From positions 1,344,001-1,408,000 of the forward strand of contig OY781945.1 in the NCBI GenBank assembly GCA_963677435.1: a stretch of DNA of 64,000 nt. Reading direction: 5' to 3'. The first letter of the stretch is position 1, and the number at the start of each line of letters is the position of its first letter. The translations under genes were made by a program, and so were the position numbers. Below the pieces are notes generated by a model that saw only the letters and a program-made list of their open reading frames with translations, did not search any database and was not told the DNA's origin. Shown in pieces: positions 1 to 10,229 of the stretch. This DNA is from an uncultured Aliarcobacter sp. Its GTDB lineage: Bacteria > Campylobacterota > Campylobacteria > Campylobacterales > Arcobacteraceae.

Positions 1-277
1 CATCAAGTACATCAACAGTAGGGCAGTTACACTCAAAAGTTGTTTCTATATCTGTAAATAGGGCAGTTCCACTTCTTCCTTTGATGGCTGAAGCACTGGC
101 TGTCATTGTTTTAAACTCTTTGTTAAAAATCGTTTTTGGGATTTGTTCTTTCATTGATTTTGTTTCTTGAACTCCAAGAAGATGAATATCATGTTCATCT
201 ACCCATTTTAATGCTTCTTTTTTATCAACTGCTCGGATTCCATTTACATTCCATGATATAAATTTGTAAGTTGTCAT
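1..277 (-). CDS. xth: Exodeoxyribonuclease III (5' part; runs off the left edge)
   Basis: Manual translation from ATG 277: MTTYKFISWNVNGIRAVDKK...LLGVQETK...GRSGTA; the SWNVNG and QETK motifs mark ExoIII/AP endonucleases. Not in the ORF track. Confidence 0.9.
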   Translation of the reverse strand, partial: MTTYKFISWNVNGIRAVDKKEALKWVDEHDIHLLGVQETKSMKEQIPKTIFNKEFKTMTASASAIKGRSGTALFTDIETTFECNCPTVDVLD

Positions 278-513
278 TATTTAGTGATTTCCTTTTTTTC
301 TGTAATTTTTTCTTCTAATTTTTTTTCAATCAATTGTTTTGGAGCTATTGGAGCTATTGGTTTTTGAATATTTATATTTCCAAAACTTGATCCACCAAGA
401 GAATCACTTTTCCCTCCATGCATATCAATTTTTCCTGCATTTTCATCTGTATAATTATAATTCGCAAATAAAAAATTTGTTAAAAATAAAGTAACTATTA
501 GTAATCTTTTCAT
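277..513 (-). CDS. Small secreted hypothetical protein
   Basis: Signal-peptide-like N-terminus (MKRLLIVTLFLTNFLFA), AAGGA RBS; its stop overlaps the xth start (TAATG). Confidence 0.7.
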   Translation of the reverse strand: MKRLLIVTLFLTNFLFANYNYTDENAGKIDMHGGKSDSLGGSSFGNINIQKPIAPIAPKQLIEKKLEEKITEKKEITK

Positions 514-607
514 TATTTATTCCTTTTTTAAAGAAATATTATAACCCTTCTTTTGATAAATAAGCCTTAATAGGGTATTTTTAGCTTATTTTTTTCAAGG
601 ATTATTT

Positions 608-1321
608 ATGGATGAATTGATTTTAGGAATACTTACCTTTTTTACTTCTACAGTTGCTGGAATTGTTGGCGTTGGTGGAGGTATGATGTTAATAGTGATT
701 TTACCTTCATTTTTACCCTTGAATGCTTTGATACCTGTTCATGGATTAACTCAAATGTCTAGCAATGTTAGTCGTGCAATATTTGGATATAAAGATGTTC
801 AATTTGAAGTAATTCCAAAATTTTTGTTAGGTTCTGCTATTGGTATTGGAATATTTACCGTAGTTTTAAATTTAATTTCACTTGAATATGTTCCTTTATT
901 TATTGGAGTTTATATTTTACTTTCATTATGGTCAGAAAAATTTAATGAAAAAATAAAGAGATATGAAAATTACTTTCTTGCAGGTTTCTTTCAAACTGGT
1001 CTTTCTATGGTTGTTGGTGCAACGGGACCTCTTACTATGACACTTTTATTAAAAGATTATAAAGACAAAAATAAAGTTGTAGCAACTGGTGCTGCACTTA
1101 TGAGTATTACACATATTTTAAAAGTATTTGTATTTATGTATTTTGGTTTTGTATTTATTGATTATCTAGGTGTTATTATTGCCATGATTATTGGTGCAAT
1201 TGCTGGAAGTTGGGTTGCCACGAAACTAAGAGACAAAGTGGATGGTAAAAAATTTACTATAATTTTAAAAGTATTACTAACTGCTTTAGCTATTCAAGTA
1301 ATAGTGAAAGTTTTCCTTTAA
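608..1321 (+). CDS. Sulfite exporter TauE/SafE family membrane protein
   Basis: GIVGVGGG motif, internally repeated multi-TM architecture, AAGGA RBS. Confidence 0.8.
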   Translation: MDELILGILTFFTSTVAGIVGVGGGMMLIVILPSFLPLNALIPVHGLTQMSSNVSRAIFGYKDVQFEVIPKFLLGSAIGIGIFTVVLNLISLEYVPLFIGVYILLSLWSEKFNEKIKRYENYFLAGFFQTGLSMVVGATGPLTMTLLLKDYKDKNKVVATGAALMSITHILKVFVFMYFGFVFIDYLGVIIAMIIGAIAGSWVATKLRDKVDGKKFTIILKVLLTALAIQVIVKVFL

Positions 1322-1635
1322 AATCTTAATTTGGAGGAATTTTTATAATAATTGAAATTCCTTTTCCTTTGAATATTTCTACTAAAAAATCCCTTACTCA
1401 ATATAATATTTTGCTTTTATTATTTTTAGTCAATTATATTAGATAAAAAAGTTTATTTATTATGAATAAAATATATACAAGTTAATTGTAAACTTTTTTA
1501 GATTTAACTATAAAATTACGCTTTAATTTGTAATTATCCAGTAATTATTATAAATTAATAAAAATATTAAGGCTATATTAGGGCTATAAATTAATAATAC
1601 TATTTCAGTATATATTAATAAAGGAATAAAATTAC

Positions 1636-3039
1636 ATGAAAAATTCTTATAAATTTATGCTTGGAAATCGAATATATAATTTTAAAAATCTTGCCGATTT
1701 AATGGCTAAGGCTACACCAAAGCGTTCAGGAGACTTATTAGCAGGAGTTTCTGCCTTATCTTCTCAAGAAAGAGTAGTAGCTCAAATGCGTTTAGCAGAA
1801 GTACCACTTAAAACTTTTCTAAATGAGATGTTAGTACCTTATGAAGATGATGAAATTACAAGATTGATTATCGATGACCATGATGCCGAAGCATTTAAAT
1901 TAATTTCACATTTAACAGTTGGAGATTTTAGAAACTGGTTGTTAAGTGATACAACAACAATTGAGATGATTAAACAAGCAAGATCTGCAATTACACCTGA
2001 AATGGCAGCAGCAGTTAGTAAAATCATGAGAAATCAAGATTTAATAATGGTTGCAAAAAAATGCCCAGTTGTTACATCTTTTAGAAATACTATTGGTTTA
2101 CCAAATCAACTCTCAACTAGACTTCAACCAAATCATCCAACAGATGATGTTATGGGAATAGCTGCAAGTATTTTAGATGGATTATTATATGGAAATGGTG
2201 ATGCGGTTATTGGTATAAATCCAGCAACTGATAATGTGGAACAAACAATAAAACTTTTAAAACTTATGGATGATGTAATCCAAAAATATGAAATCCCAAC
2301 ACAATCTTGTGTTTTAACTCATGTTACAAATACTATTGAAGCTATTGAAAAAGGTGCTCCTGTTGATTTAGTATTTCAATCAATTGGAGGAACAGAGGCT
2401 ACAAATTCAAGTTTTGGAGTAAATCTTAAAATCTTAAAAGAAGCACATGAAGCTGGACTTTCATTAAACCGTGGAACTGTTGGAAATAATGTTATGTATT
2501 TTGAAACAGGGCAAGGAAGTTCACTTTCAGCAAATGCAAATTTTGGATTAGACCAACAAACTTGTGAAGCAAGAGCTTATGCAGTTGCAAAAAAATTTGA
2601 CCCACTTTTAGTAAATACAGTTGTGGGATTTATTGGGCCTGAATATCTGTTTGATGGAAAAGAGATTACAAGAGCAGGATTGGAAGACCATTTTTGTGGA
2701 AAATTATTAGGACTTCCAATGGGTTGTGATATTTGTTATACAAATCATGCTGATGCTGATCAAAATGATATGGATAATTTGTTAACGCTACTTGGAGTTG
2801 CTGGATGTAATTTTATTATGGGAATCCCTGGAAGTGACGATATTATGCTTAATTATCAAACTACATCTTTTCATGATGCCTTATATGCAAGACGGGTTTT
2901 AAATCTAAAACCAGCTCCTGAGTTTTGTGCTTGGCTTGAAAAGATGGAGATATTTAAAAATATGGACAAATTTATTTTAAATGAAAAAATGCCACAAACA
3001 TTTTTTAAATCTTTATCAAATGTAATAGGAAATAGATAA
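1636..3039 (+). CDS. eutB: Ethanolamine ammonia-lyase large subunit
   Basis: RSGD, RLQPNHPTDD, YFETGQGS, NTVVGFIGPEY and GCDICYTNH motifs. Confidence 0.97.
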   Translation: MKNSYKFMLGNRIYNFKNLADLMAKATPKRSGDLLAGVSALSSQERVVAQMRLAEVPLKTFLNEMLVPYEDDEITRLIIDDHDAEAFKLISHLTVGDFRNWLLSDTTTIEMIKQARSAITPEMAAAVSKIMRNQDLIMVAKKCPVVTSFRNTIGLPNQLSTRLQPNHPTDDVMGIAASILDGLLYGNGDAVIGINPATDNVEQTIKLLKLMDDVIQKYEIPTQSCVLTHVTNTIEAIEKGAPVDLVFQSIGGTEATNSSFGVNLKILKEAHEAGLSLNRGTVGNNVMYFETGQGSSLSANANFGLDQQTCEARAYAVAKKFDPLLVNTVVGFIGPEYLFDGKEITRAGLEDHFCGKLLGLPMGCDICYTNHADADQNDMDNLLTLLGVAGCNFIMGIPGSDDIMLNYQTTSFHDALYARRVLNLKPAPEFCAWLEKMEIFKNMDKFILNEKMPQTFFKSLSNVIGNR

Positions 3040-3881
3040 TGAAAAATTTAGAAAATATCGATTCAAACTCAAATATTATTGAAAATCCTTGGGCATTATT
3101 AAGAGATTACACAGATGCTAGGATTGGCTTAGGAAGAAGTGGTGTTAGTATTCCAACTTCTCACTCTTTAGCGTTTCAATTAGCCCATGCACAAGCACAA
3201 GATGCAGTTCATTTACCCCTTGATGTTGAGCATATTATTGAACAAATAAATAATAATAACTTAAATCCAGAAACATATCTTCCAATTTTATTACATTCAC
3301 AAGCAGTAAATAGAACAGCATATTTACAACGACCTGATTTAGGGCGTAAGTTAAATAGTGATTCTGTTGAAACTTTAAAAAAGATAAATCTAAATAAAGA
3401 AGAACCTTTTGATTTATCAATTGTTATCGTTGATGGTTTGTCATCACTTGCAATAAAAGAGAATGCAGTTAATTTTATAGAAAGATTATTAAGTGCATTA
3501 ACAAATGATAGTCAAAAATGGAAGATAGCACCTTTTACAATTGTTCAACAAGGAAGAGTAGCTGTTGGAGATGAAGTAGGGGAATTATTAAAAGCAAAAA
3601 TTTCACTTGTATTAATAGGTGAACGACCAGGACTTAGCTCACCTGATAGTTTAGGTTTATATTTAACATGGAATCCAAAATCTGGATTAACAGATGCTAG
3701 TAGAAATTGTATATCAAATGTAAGAAGTGAAGGATTATCTTATGAGGAGGCTGTAAAAAAAACAATGTATTTATTAAAAGAATCACGAAGATTAGAATTA
3801 TCAGGTGTAAATCTAAAAGATAGAACAACAAATGATGTAATTGAAAATAATATTAATGAAGAAAATTTTTTAATCAAATAA
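3039..3881 (+). CDS. eutC: Ethanolamine ammonia-lyase small subunit
   Basis: ARIGLGRSG, YLQRPDLGRKL, DGLSS, LIGERPGL and RNCISN motifs; coupled to eutB. Confidence 0.96.
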   Translation: MKNLENIDSNSNIIENPWALLRDYTDARIGLGRSGVSIPTSHSLAFQLAHAQAQDAVHLPLDVEHIIEQINNNNLNPETYLPILLHSQAVNRTAYLQRPDLGRKLNSDSVETLKKINLNKEEPFDLSIVIVDGLSSLAIKENAVNFIERLLSALTNDSQKWKIAPFTIVQQGRVAVGDEVGELLKAKISLVLIGERPGLSSPDSLGLYLTWNPKSGLTDASRNCISNVRSEGLSYEEAVKKTMYLLKESRRLELSGVNLKDRTTNDVIENNINEENFLIK

Positions 3882-3890
3882 AGGAAAAAA

Positions 3891-5306
3891 ATGAAAAATA
3901 GTCATATAGATGAAGAATATCTTGCTAAAAGACAATTAAAAAGAGGAACTGCTGGTTGGGTATTATTAGCAGGTTTAGGTATTTCATATGTAATTTCTGG
4001 AGATTTTGCAGGATGGAATTTTGGTATTGCACATGCTGGTTGGGGTGGATTTGCAATTGCTGCTGGTTTAATGGCAATTATGTATTTTTGTTTAGTTTTA
4101 TCTTTAGCAGAAATGTCAGCTTCAATTCCCGCAGCTGGTGGTGGATATAGTTTTGCAAGACAAGTAATGGGCCCTGCTGGTGGTTATTTAACTGGACTTG
4201 CAATTTTGATTGAGTATGCGCTAGCACCTGCAGCGATTGTAATATTTATAGGTTCTGCGGTTGAAGCCTTAACAGGATTTAATGGACCTTTAGTTTATTT
4301 ACTTTTTTATGCTGTTTTTATTGCTATTCATTTAATTGGTGCTGGTGAAGCTTTAAAAACAATGATGGTAATTAGTGGTTTAGCTATATTTGCAATTATT
4401 GCAACAGCTGTTGCATTAATTGGAAATTTTGATGCTACAAAACTGTTTGATATTGCTGTATCGGCTGAAGCAACTGGTGCAACAGAATTTTTGCCATATG
4501 GATGGTATGGTGTTTGGGCTGCACTTCCTTTTGGTATGTGGTTATTTCTTGCAGTTGAAGGTGTTCCATTAGCTGCTGAAGAAGCGAAAGATCCAGCTAA
4601 AGATGTACCAAAAGGTATTATTGCTGCAATGATTTTTTTACTTTTTTCTGCTGTTCTAGTTGTATTTTTACTAGCAGGTGTTGCTGGTGCAGATGCTATG
4701 GGAAAAAGTGCAGTTCCATTGGTTGATGCTTTAAATATTAATGGAAATACAACTTTAGCAACTACTGTAAATGTATTGGGATTAGCAGGATTAATTGCAT
4801 CATTTTTCTCTATTATTTATGGTTATAGTAGATTAGTATTTGCACTTTCAAGAGCTGGATATTTACCAAGATTCTTATCATTAACAAGTAAAAAGAAAAC
4901 TCCAACTTGGGCTTTAATTGTTCCTGGTGTTTTAGGTTTTCTTGCATCTTTAACAGGTGAGGGTGATTTAATGTTAGCAATGGCAGTTGTTGGAGCTACA
5001 ATCTCTTATGCTTTAATGGCTTTAAGTCATATTTTATTAAGAGTAAAAAATCCAGATATGCCAAGACCATATAAAACTCCAGGTGGAGTTGTAACTTCTG
5101 GAATTGCTTTTGTATTATCTTTAATAGCATTAACAGGGGTTTATGCTTTTGATCCAAGAGCTTTTAACTATACAATTATTTTATATATTATTGGTGCTTT
5201 ATACTTCTTCTTATATAGTAAAAATCATTTAGTTGCTAAAACAGCAGATGAAGAGTTTGCAATGTTAGAAAAAGCAGAATCAGATTTAGTACATGAATTA
5301 GGTTAA
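3891..5306 (+). CDS. eat: Ethanolamine permease (APC family)
   Basis: YLAKRQLK, VISGDFAGWNFG, WLFLAVEG motifs; follows eutBC. Confidence 0.9.
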   Translation: MKNSHIDEEYLAKRQLKRGTAGWVLLAGLGISYVISGDFAGWNFGIAHAGWGGFAIAAGLMAIMYFCLVLSLAEMSASIPAAGGGYSFARQVMGPAGGYLTGLAILIEYALAPAAIVIFIGSAVEALTGFNGPLVYLLFYAVFIAIHLIGAGEALKTMMVISGLAIFAIIATAVALIGNFDATKLFDIAVSAEATGATEFLPYGWYGVWAALPFGMWLFLAVEGVPLAAEEAKDPAKDVPKGIIAAMIFLLFSAVLVVFLLAGVAGADAMGKSAVPLVDALNINGNTTLATTVNVLGLAGLIASFFSIIYGYSRLVFALSRAGYLPRFLSLTSKKKTPTWALIVPGVLGFLASLTGEGDLMLAMAVVGATISYALMALSHILLRVKNPDMPRPYKTPGGVVTSGIAFVLSLIALTGVYAFDPRAFNYTIILYIIGALYFFLYSKNHLVAKTADEEFAMLEKAESDLVHELG

Positions 5307-5321
5307 GATAAAATCTTAGCC
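5301..5321. terminator. Hairpin between convergent eat and AEC transporter genes
   Basis: GGTTAAGAT-AAA-ATCTTAGCC inverted repeat. Confidence 0.5.
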
Positions 5322-6235
5322 TAAACTAAAAACTTCAAGAAAAGTATTATAAACAGTGCAGACACAAGTGTTTGTACTGTGATAATACTTGACATTAATC
5401 CAATATCTCCACCTAATTGTCGCGCTAGTATAAAAGAGCTAGGTGCAGTAGGAAGAAGAGCAAATAAAACTAAAATTGAAATCATCATTTCATCTAAACC
5501 AAAATATTTGCCAAAAGCAAAAATGAATAAGGGCATGATTAAATGTTTAGCAACACTTGAAATAATTACTTCACTTTTAGAAGATTTTATCTCTTTAATT
5601 ACAAGTCCAAATCCAACAGATAAAAGTCCCATAGGAAGTGCTGCTTTACTTAAAATTTCTAAAGTATTATTTATTACAAGTGGAAAATGAATCCCTAAAA
5701 AGTTTATACTACCACCAATTACACAGGCGATTATTAAAGGATTTGTTATTATTGATTTTAATAAATATAAAAAATTTAATTTTTCATTATTTATGTATAA
5801 AGCAAAAATTGTAATACATAAAATATTTATAAAAGGAATTGCAAAAGTCAAAATAATTGCAGATAAAATCAATCCATCATTTCCAAAAATTGCCCCAGCT
5901 AAAGCTAGAAAAACATAAGTATTAAATCTAATTCCACCTTGAACAACAGATGTAAAAGAATCTGCATTTGCTGGTTTTATTTTATTTATAATCATAAGAA
6001 TAATCATCGTAAAAAATATTGCTAAAAGTGCAGCCATTACAAAACCAAAACTATTTTTTGAGTCTAATGAAGCATTTGAAAGTTTATATATTAAAAGTGA
6101 AGGCATCAAAACATAATAGGTTAATTTATCAGCTTGAGGCCAAAATTCATGGGATGGAAATTTTATTCTTTTGAAGAAATATCCAATTAAAATAAGTCCA
6201 AAAACTGGAATTAAAGCTGAAAATATATGTTCCAT
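5321..6235 (-). CDS. AEC (auxin efflux carrier/malate permease) family transporter
   Basis: Multi-TM protein with NPLIIA and PTAPSSFILARQLGGD motifs. Confidence 0.85.
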   Translation of the reverse strand: MEHIFSALIPVFGLILIGYFFKRIKFPSHEFWPQADKLTYYVLMPSLLIYKLSNASLDSKNSFGFVMAALLAIFFTMIILMIINKIKPANADSFTSVVQGGIRFNTYVFLALAGAIFGNDGLILSAIILTFAIPFINILCITIFALYINNEKLNFLYLLKSIITNPLIIACVIGGSINFLGIHFPLVINNTLEILSKAALPMGLLSVGFGLVIKEIKSSKSEVIISSVAKHLIMPLFIFAFGKYFGLDEMMISILVLFALLPTAPSSFILARQLGGDIGLMSSIITVQTLVSALFIILFLKFLV

Positions 6236-6242
6236 AATATTT

Positions 6243-6737
6243 TCAACTATTTACTAATATTTTGAAAACAGCTTTAATGATTTTTTTATTTTTGTCAATT
6301 TTTATGCAAGGCATATGAGCATCATTCGGATAAAAAATTGCAAGTTCATTTTCTCTTATTTTTAAAATTGAGCTATTTTCAGTTTGGGCATATTTCGCAT
6401 AATCTAAATCAGGATTATATTTAGTTGTAACTGTAAGATTATTTACATTTTCAACTTCCATAATTTCATCACCTTCAAACATATATTGAATATCAATATA
6501 TGTTTTATGTGACTCATAAAGACAATCTTCTTTATTTTTTGTTACATAAGCTTGTTCTAAAACAAAGCAGTTTTCATCAAGTACTATTTTATTACATTCA
6601 CCAACTTTTGTATTTACAAGAGTTTTATATTCATTTGAATTTTTATCTTGTAATTTTTCAATATAAGCAAAAGCTTTTTCAAACTTAGAACTACAAACTT
6701 GTGATTTTAAAGTTTGTAATGTACCAAATAGTGCCAT
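6243..6737 (-). CDS. YhcH/YjgK/YiaL family protein
   Basis: ESHKTYIDIQY and IFYPNDAHMP motifs. Confidence 0.88.
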   Translation of the reverse strand: MALFGTLQTLKSQVCSSKFEKAFAYIEKLQDKNSNEYKTLVNTKVGECNKIVLDENCFVLEQAYVTKNKEDCLYESHKTYIDIQYMFEGDEIMEVENVNNLTVTTKYNPDLDYAKYAQTENSSILKIRENELAIFYPNDAHMPCIKIDKNKKIIKAVFKILVNS

Positions 6738-6745
6738 TTTAATCC

Positions 6746-7975
6746 CTATTTATTTTTTAACATACCTTTTAAAATAATCTTACCACCCTCAACACCTGGT
6801 TGGTCGTAAGTATTAATTCTTAAAAATTTACCAACAATTGAAGTTAATAATTCATAATAAAATAGAAGTTTCCCTATTTCATATTCAGATATTTCTTCTA
6901 TTTCAATAATATCTATTGGAATATCTTTTTTTAACTCTTTTACAGAAGCAATTGTCGCATCTGCTTGTAGATTAATTAACTCTTTAAAATCAAGATTATT
7001 AACATAATCTAATTCTTCTAATCCCTCTAGTGAAATAGGAGCAATTTTTGTATTATCTTTAAAATCTTTTATTTTTATAAATGTTACTGTTTTATCCCTT
7101 TGTCCTTCTACAATTAATTGTAAAAAAGAGTGTTGATCTACCGGTCCTAAAAGTCCAATTGGAGTTAAACCTTGATTAGTGTTATTAACATCAACTTTTC
7201 CAAGACTCTCTCCCCAAAGTTGAATATACCATTTATTAAATCCTTCAAGTAATTGAGAATAAGAAAAAATTGCATTCATGTTATAAACATCTTTAAACTC
7301 ATAATAAGTTCTAGCTTTTTTTATTAAATGTTTATAAAGTTTTTTCTGTTCAAAAAATGAATCTAAAGTTTTTTTAGCACCTTTTAAAAGTTCATCAATA
7401 TTGAAACCTGCAAGATATAAAGGAACTAAACCTACATTTGATAAAACAGAAAATCTTCCACCAACATTTTTTGGAATATCAAAAGAGTTTATATCATTTG
7501 CTTTTGCATAAGTATTTAATTTACTATCATCTTCTGTAATTATAAGTAGATTAGATTTATCTATTTTTGTAATTGACATTAAATATTTAAAAATAGATAT
7601 AGTTTCTATAGTTGTTCCAGATTTTGAAATAACAATAAAAAGTGTATCATTTAAATTTAACTGAGCTAAAGTTCCATTTAAATTTACAGGATCTGTACTT
7701 TCAAAAAAGAAAAGCTCTTTTTTTAAACATTTGTTATGTTGTTTATTATACTTCATGAAATTATAAATAGCATAAGTTCCCAGCGTACTTCCACCAATTC
7801 CTATAATTGCTATTTGTTTTTGAGGAAAGTTTAAATCATCAAGTTTTGTTTTTAAAACAGTAGTATCAACATTAGGAAGAGAGTAATATCCTATTATCTC
7901 TCTTTCTTTTTTTATCTCTGCAAAAATCTCTTTATCACTTAATGATACTTGCGGATAATATAAGCTGTTTTTCAC
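6746..7975 (-). CDS. pgi: Glucose-6-phosphate isomerase
   Basis: GIGGS, SKSGTT, VGGRFSV, QLWGESLGK, DQHS and DQPGVE motifs. Confidence 0.95.
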   Translation of the reverse strand: MKNSLYYPQVSLSDKEIFAEIKKEREIIGYYSLPNVDTTVLKTKLDDLNFPQKQIAIIGIGGSTLGTYAIYNFMKYNKQHNKCLKKELFFFESTDPVNLNGTLAQLNLNDTLFIVISKSGTTIETISIFKYLMSITKIDKSNLLIITEDDSKLNTYAKANDINSFDIPKNVGGRFSVLSNVGLVPLYLAGFNIDELLKGAKKTLDSFFEQKKLYKHLIKKARTYYEFKDVYNMNAIFSYSQLLEGFNKWYIQLWGESLGKVDVNNTNQGLTPIGLLGPVDQHSFLQLIVEGQRDKTVTFIKIKDFKDNTKIAPISLEGLEELDYVNNLDFKELINLQADATIASVKELKKDIPIDIIEIEEISEYEIGKLLFYYELLTSIVGKFLRINTYDQPGVEGGKIILKGMLKNK

Positions 7976-8850
7976 TATTTAGCTCCAGTTGCTTTTTTAG
8001 TTGCTTCTTCTTTTTTTGTTTCTTTATCGTAAAAATAGTTTGTAGCTTTTACAAATCCATCAATGCTTCCACAGTCAAATCTTTGTCCATCAAATTTGAA
8101 TGCTAAAACCATTCCTTTTTTTGCTTGAGCTAAAAGTGCATCTGTAATTTGAATCTCTCCGCCTTTTCCTGGTTTTGTTTCTCTAATAATATTAAAAATA
8201 TCAGGAGTTAAAATATATCTTCCAATAATTGCTAAGTTTGATGGAGCAACTTCAGGTTCTGGTTTTTCAACCATATCTTTTACCATATAAATTCCAGGTT
8301 CAATTTCATTTCCTGCAATAACACCATATTTATTTGTATCTTCTTTTGGAATTTCTTCAATAGCTACAATTGAACAACCATATTTTTTATATAATTCTAC
8401 CATTTGTGCTAATACACCTTTTCCAGGAGCATCACATAAATCATCTGCTAGAACTACAGCAAAAGGTTGGTCCCCAATTAGTGTTTCACCACATAAAATT
8501 GCATGACCTAAACCTTTCATTTCAATTTGTCTAGTATAAGAGAATGTACATTTAGTAATAACTGATCTAATTTCTGTTAAATAATGTTCTTTACTTGTCC
8601 CTTTAATTTGATTTTCTAGTTCATAAGAAATATCAAAATGATCTTCAATTGCTCTTTTCCCTCTACCTGTTACTATTGCCATTGTATCCATACCAGCAGC
8701 AAGTGCTTCTTCTACCCCATATTGAATAAGTGGTTTAGTTAAAACTGGTAACATCTCTTTAGGTGTTGCTTTAGTTGCAGGTAAAAATCTTGTTCCATAT
8801 CCAGCTGCAGGGAATAGACATTTTTTAATTGGTGTATTTTTATTGCTCAT
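7975..8850 (-). CDS. galU: UTP--glucose-1-phosphate uridylyltransferase
   Basis: PAAGYGTRFLPATKATPKEMLP, GLGHA, VEKP and EIQITDA motifs. Confidence 0.97.
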   Translation of the reverse strand: MSNKNTPIKKCLFPAAGYGTRFLPATKATPKEMLPVLTKPLIQYGVEEALAAGMDTMAIVTGRGKRAIEDHFDISYELENQIKGTSKEHYLTEIRSVITKCTFSYTRQIEMKGLGHAILCGETLIGDQPFAVVLADDLCDAPGKGVLAQMVELYKKYGCSIVAIEEIPKEDTNKYGVIAGNEIEPGIYMVKDMVEKPEPEVAPSNLAIIGRYILTPDIFNIIRETKPGKGGEIQITDALLAQAKKGMVLAFKFDGQRFDCGSIDGFVKATNYFYDKETKKEEATKKATGAK

Positions 8851-8852
8851 AT

Positions 8853-10229
8853 TTATTTTCCTTGTAATTGTTCAAATAGTTTAATCAAAACATTTTCGTA
8901 TATTTTAGCATTTTCTTTTGTATCTGCTTCAAATCTTGTAACTAATTTTGGTGTAGTGTTACTAGCTCTTACTAATCCCCAACCATTTTCAAATATAACT
9001 CTTATTCCATCAACAGTTATAATATCTTTAATTTTTGGAAAATCAGCAGGTGGATTTTCTAAAGCTTTTTTCAAATCTTCTATTATTTTAAATTTAGTCT
9101 CTTCAGTAACTGTTATATTTATTTCAGGAGTAGAGTAAACTTGTGGTAAAGCTTCATATTCTTTATCAAAATCAAAACCATTGTCAATTAATTCTAAAGC
9201 TCTAAATGTAGCATATAAAGCATCATCATAACCAAAATATCTATCATTAAAAAATAAATGTCCAGAAACTTCTGCTGCAAAATCAGCTTTTGTTTCTTTG
9301 ATTTTAACTTTTAAATTTGAGTGACCTGTTTTATACATTATTGCTTTACCATAAGAATTTATAATGTCATACATTACTTGTGAACATTTTACTTCACCAA
9401 TAACAGTTGGGTTTTTTATAAATTTAGAAAAGAATATTGCAAGAATATCACCTTTAAAGTTGTACTTAGGAGAAAGTAGGGCAATTCTATCAGCATCTCC
9501 ATCATAAGCAAAACCAAAATCATATTCTCCTGTTGCTAACTCTTTTTTAATATCTTCAAGAGTGTGTTCATCACTTGGATCTGGATGATGATTTGGGAAA
9601 TTACCATCTGGCTCTTCAAATAAGATTTTGTATTTGATATTTAATCTATCAAGTATTTCTCTTAAAACAACACCAGCAACTCCATTTCCACAATCAAAAA
9701 CAAATTTTTTGTTTTCTAATTTTAAATGAGAAAAATGATTTACAATAAAATCAATATATCTATTTTTAGAATCTATAGGAATAGTAACTTCATTATTCTT
9801 TATAGTAGAATTATCAGCTAAAATTTCTCTTCCTAATGCATATATATCTTCGCCAAAAAATGGGTCTTTATCTAATGTAATTTTAAATCCATTATATTCA
9901 GGAGGATTGTGAGATCCTGTAATCATTACAGAACCATCAGATTGTAAACCATCAAAATCAGTAAAGTTTGCAAAATAATTAGCAGGTGTTGGAACCAATC
10001 CCATATCTAATACTTCAAGTCCTGCTTCATTTATTCCAGAACTTAACCAGTTTTTTAGTGTAGGAGAGTGAAGTCTAGCATCATAACCAACAGCAATAAA
10101 CTGTGCCTTTGGTGTCTTTTTAATCAATGCTTTTGCTAAATAGTAACCAATCTTCTTTACTATATCTTCATTCAGTTCTTTTTCAAAAATCCCTCTAATA
10201 TCATACTCTCTAAAAATAGATGCACTCAT
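8853..10229 (-). CDS. Phosphomannomutase/phosphoglucomutase
   Basis: FREYDIRG, TGSHNP and DGDADR motifs. Confidence 0.95.
   Translation of the reverse strand: MSASIFREYDIRGIFEKELNEDIVKKIGYYLAKALIKKTPKAQFIAVGYDARLHSPTLKNWLSSGINEAGLEVLDMGLVPTPANYFANFTDFDGLQSDGSVMITGSHNPPEYNGFKITLDKDPFFGEDIYALGREILADNSTIKNNEVTIPIDSKNRYIDFIVNHFSHLKLENKKFVFDCGNGVAGVVLREILDRLNIKYKILFEEPDGNFPNHHPDPSDEHTLEDIKKELATGEYDFGFAYDGDADRIALLSPKYNFKGDILAIFFSKFIKNPTVIGEVKCSQVMYDIINSYGKAIMYKTGHSNLKVKIKETKADFAAEVSGHLFFNDRYFGYDDALYATFRALELIDNGFDFDKEYEALPQVYSTPEINITVTEETKFKIIEDLKKALENPPADFPKIKDIITVDGIRVIFENGWGLVRASNTTPKLVTRFEADTKENAKIYENVLIKLFEQLQGK

Noticed and set aside
1322..1635. Cobalamin riboswitch upstream of eutB
   Set aside because: The leader is very AT-rich and lacks B12-box-like conserved elements
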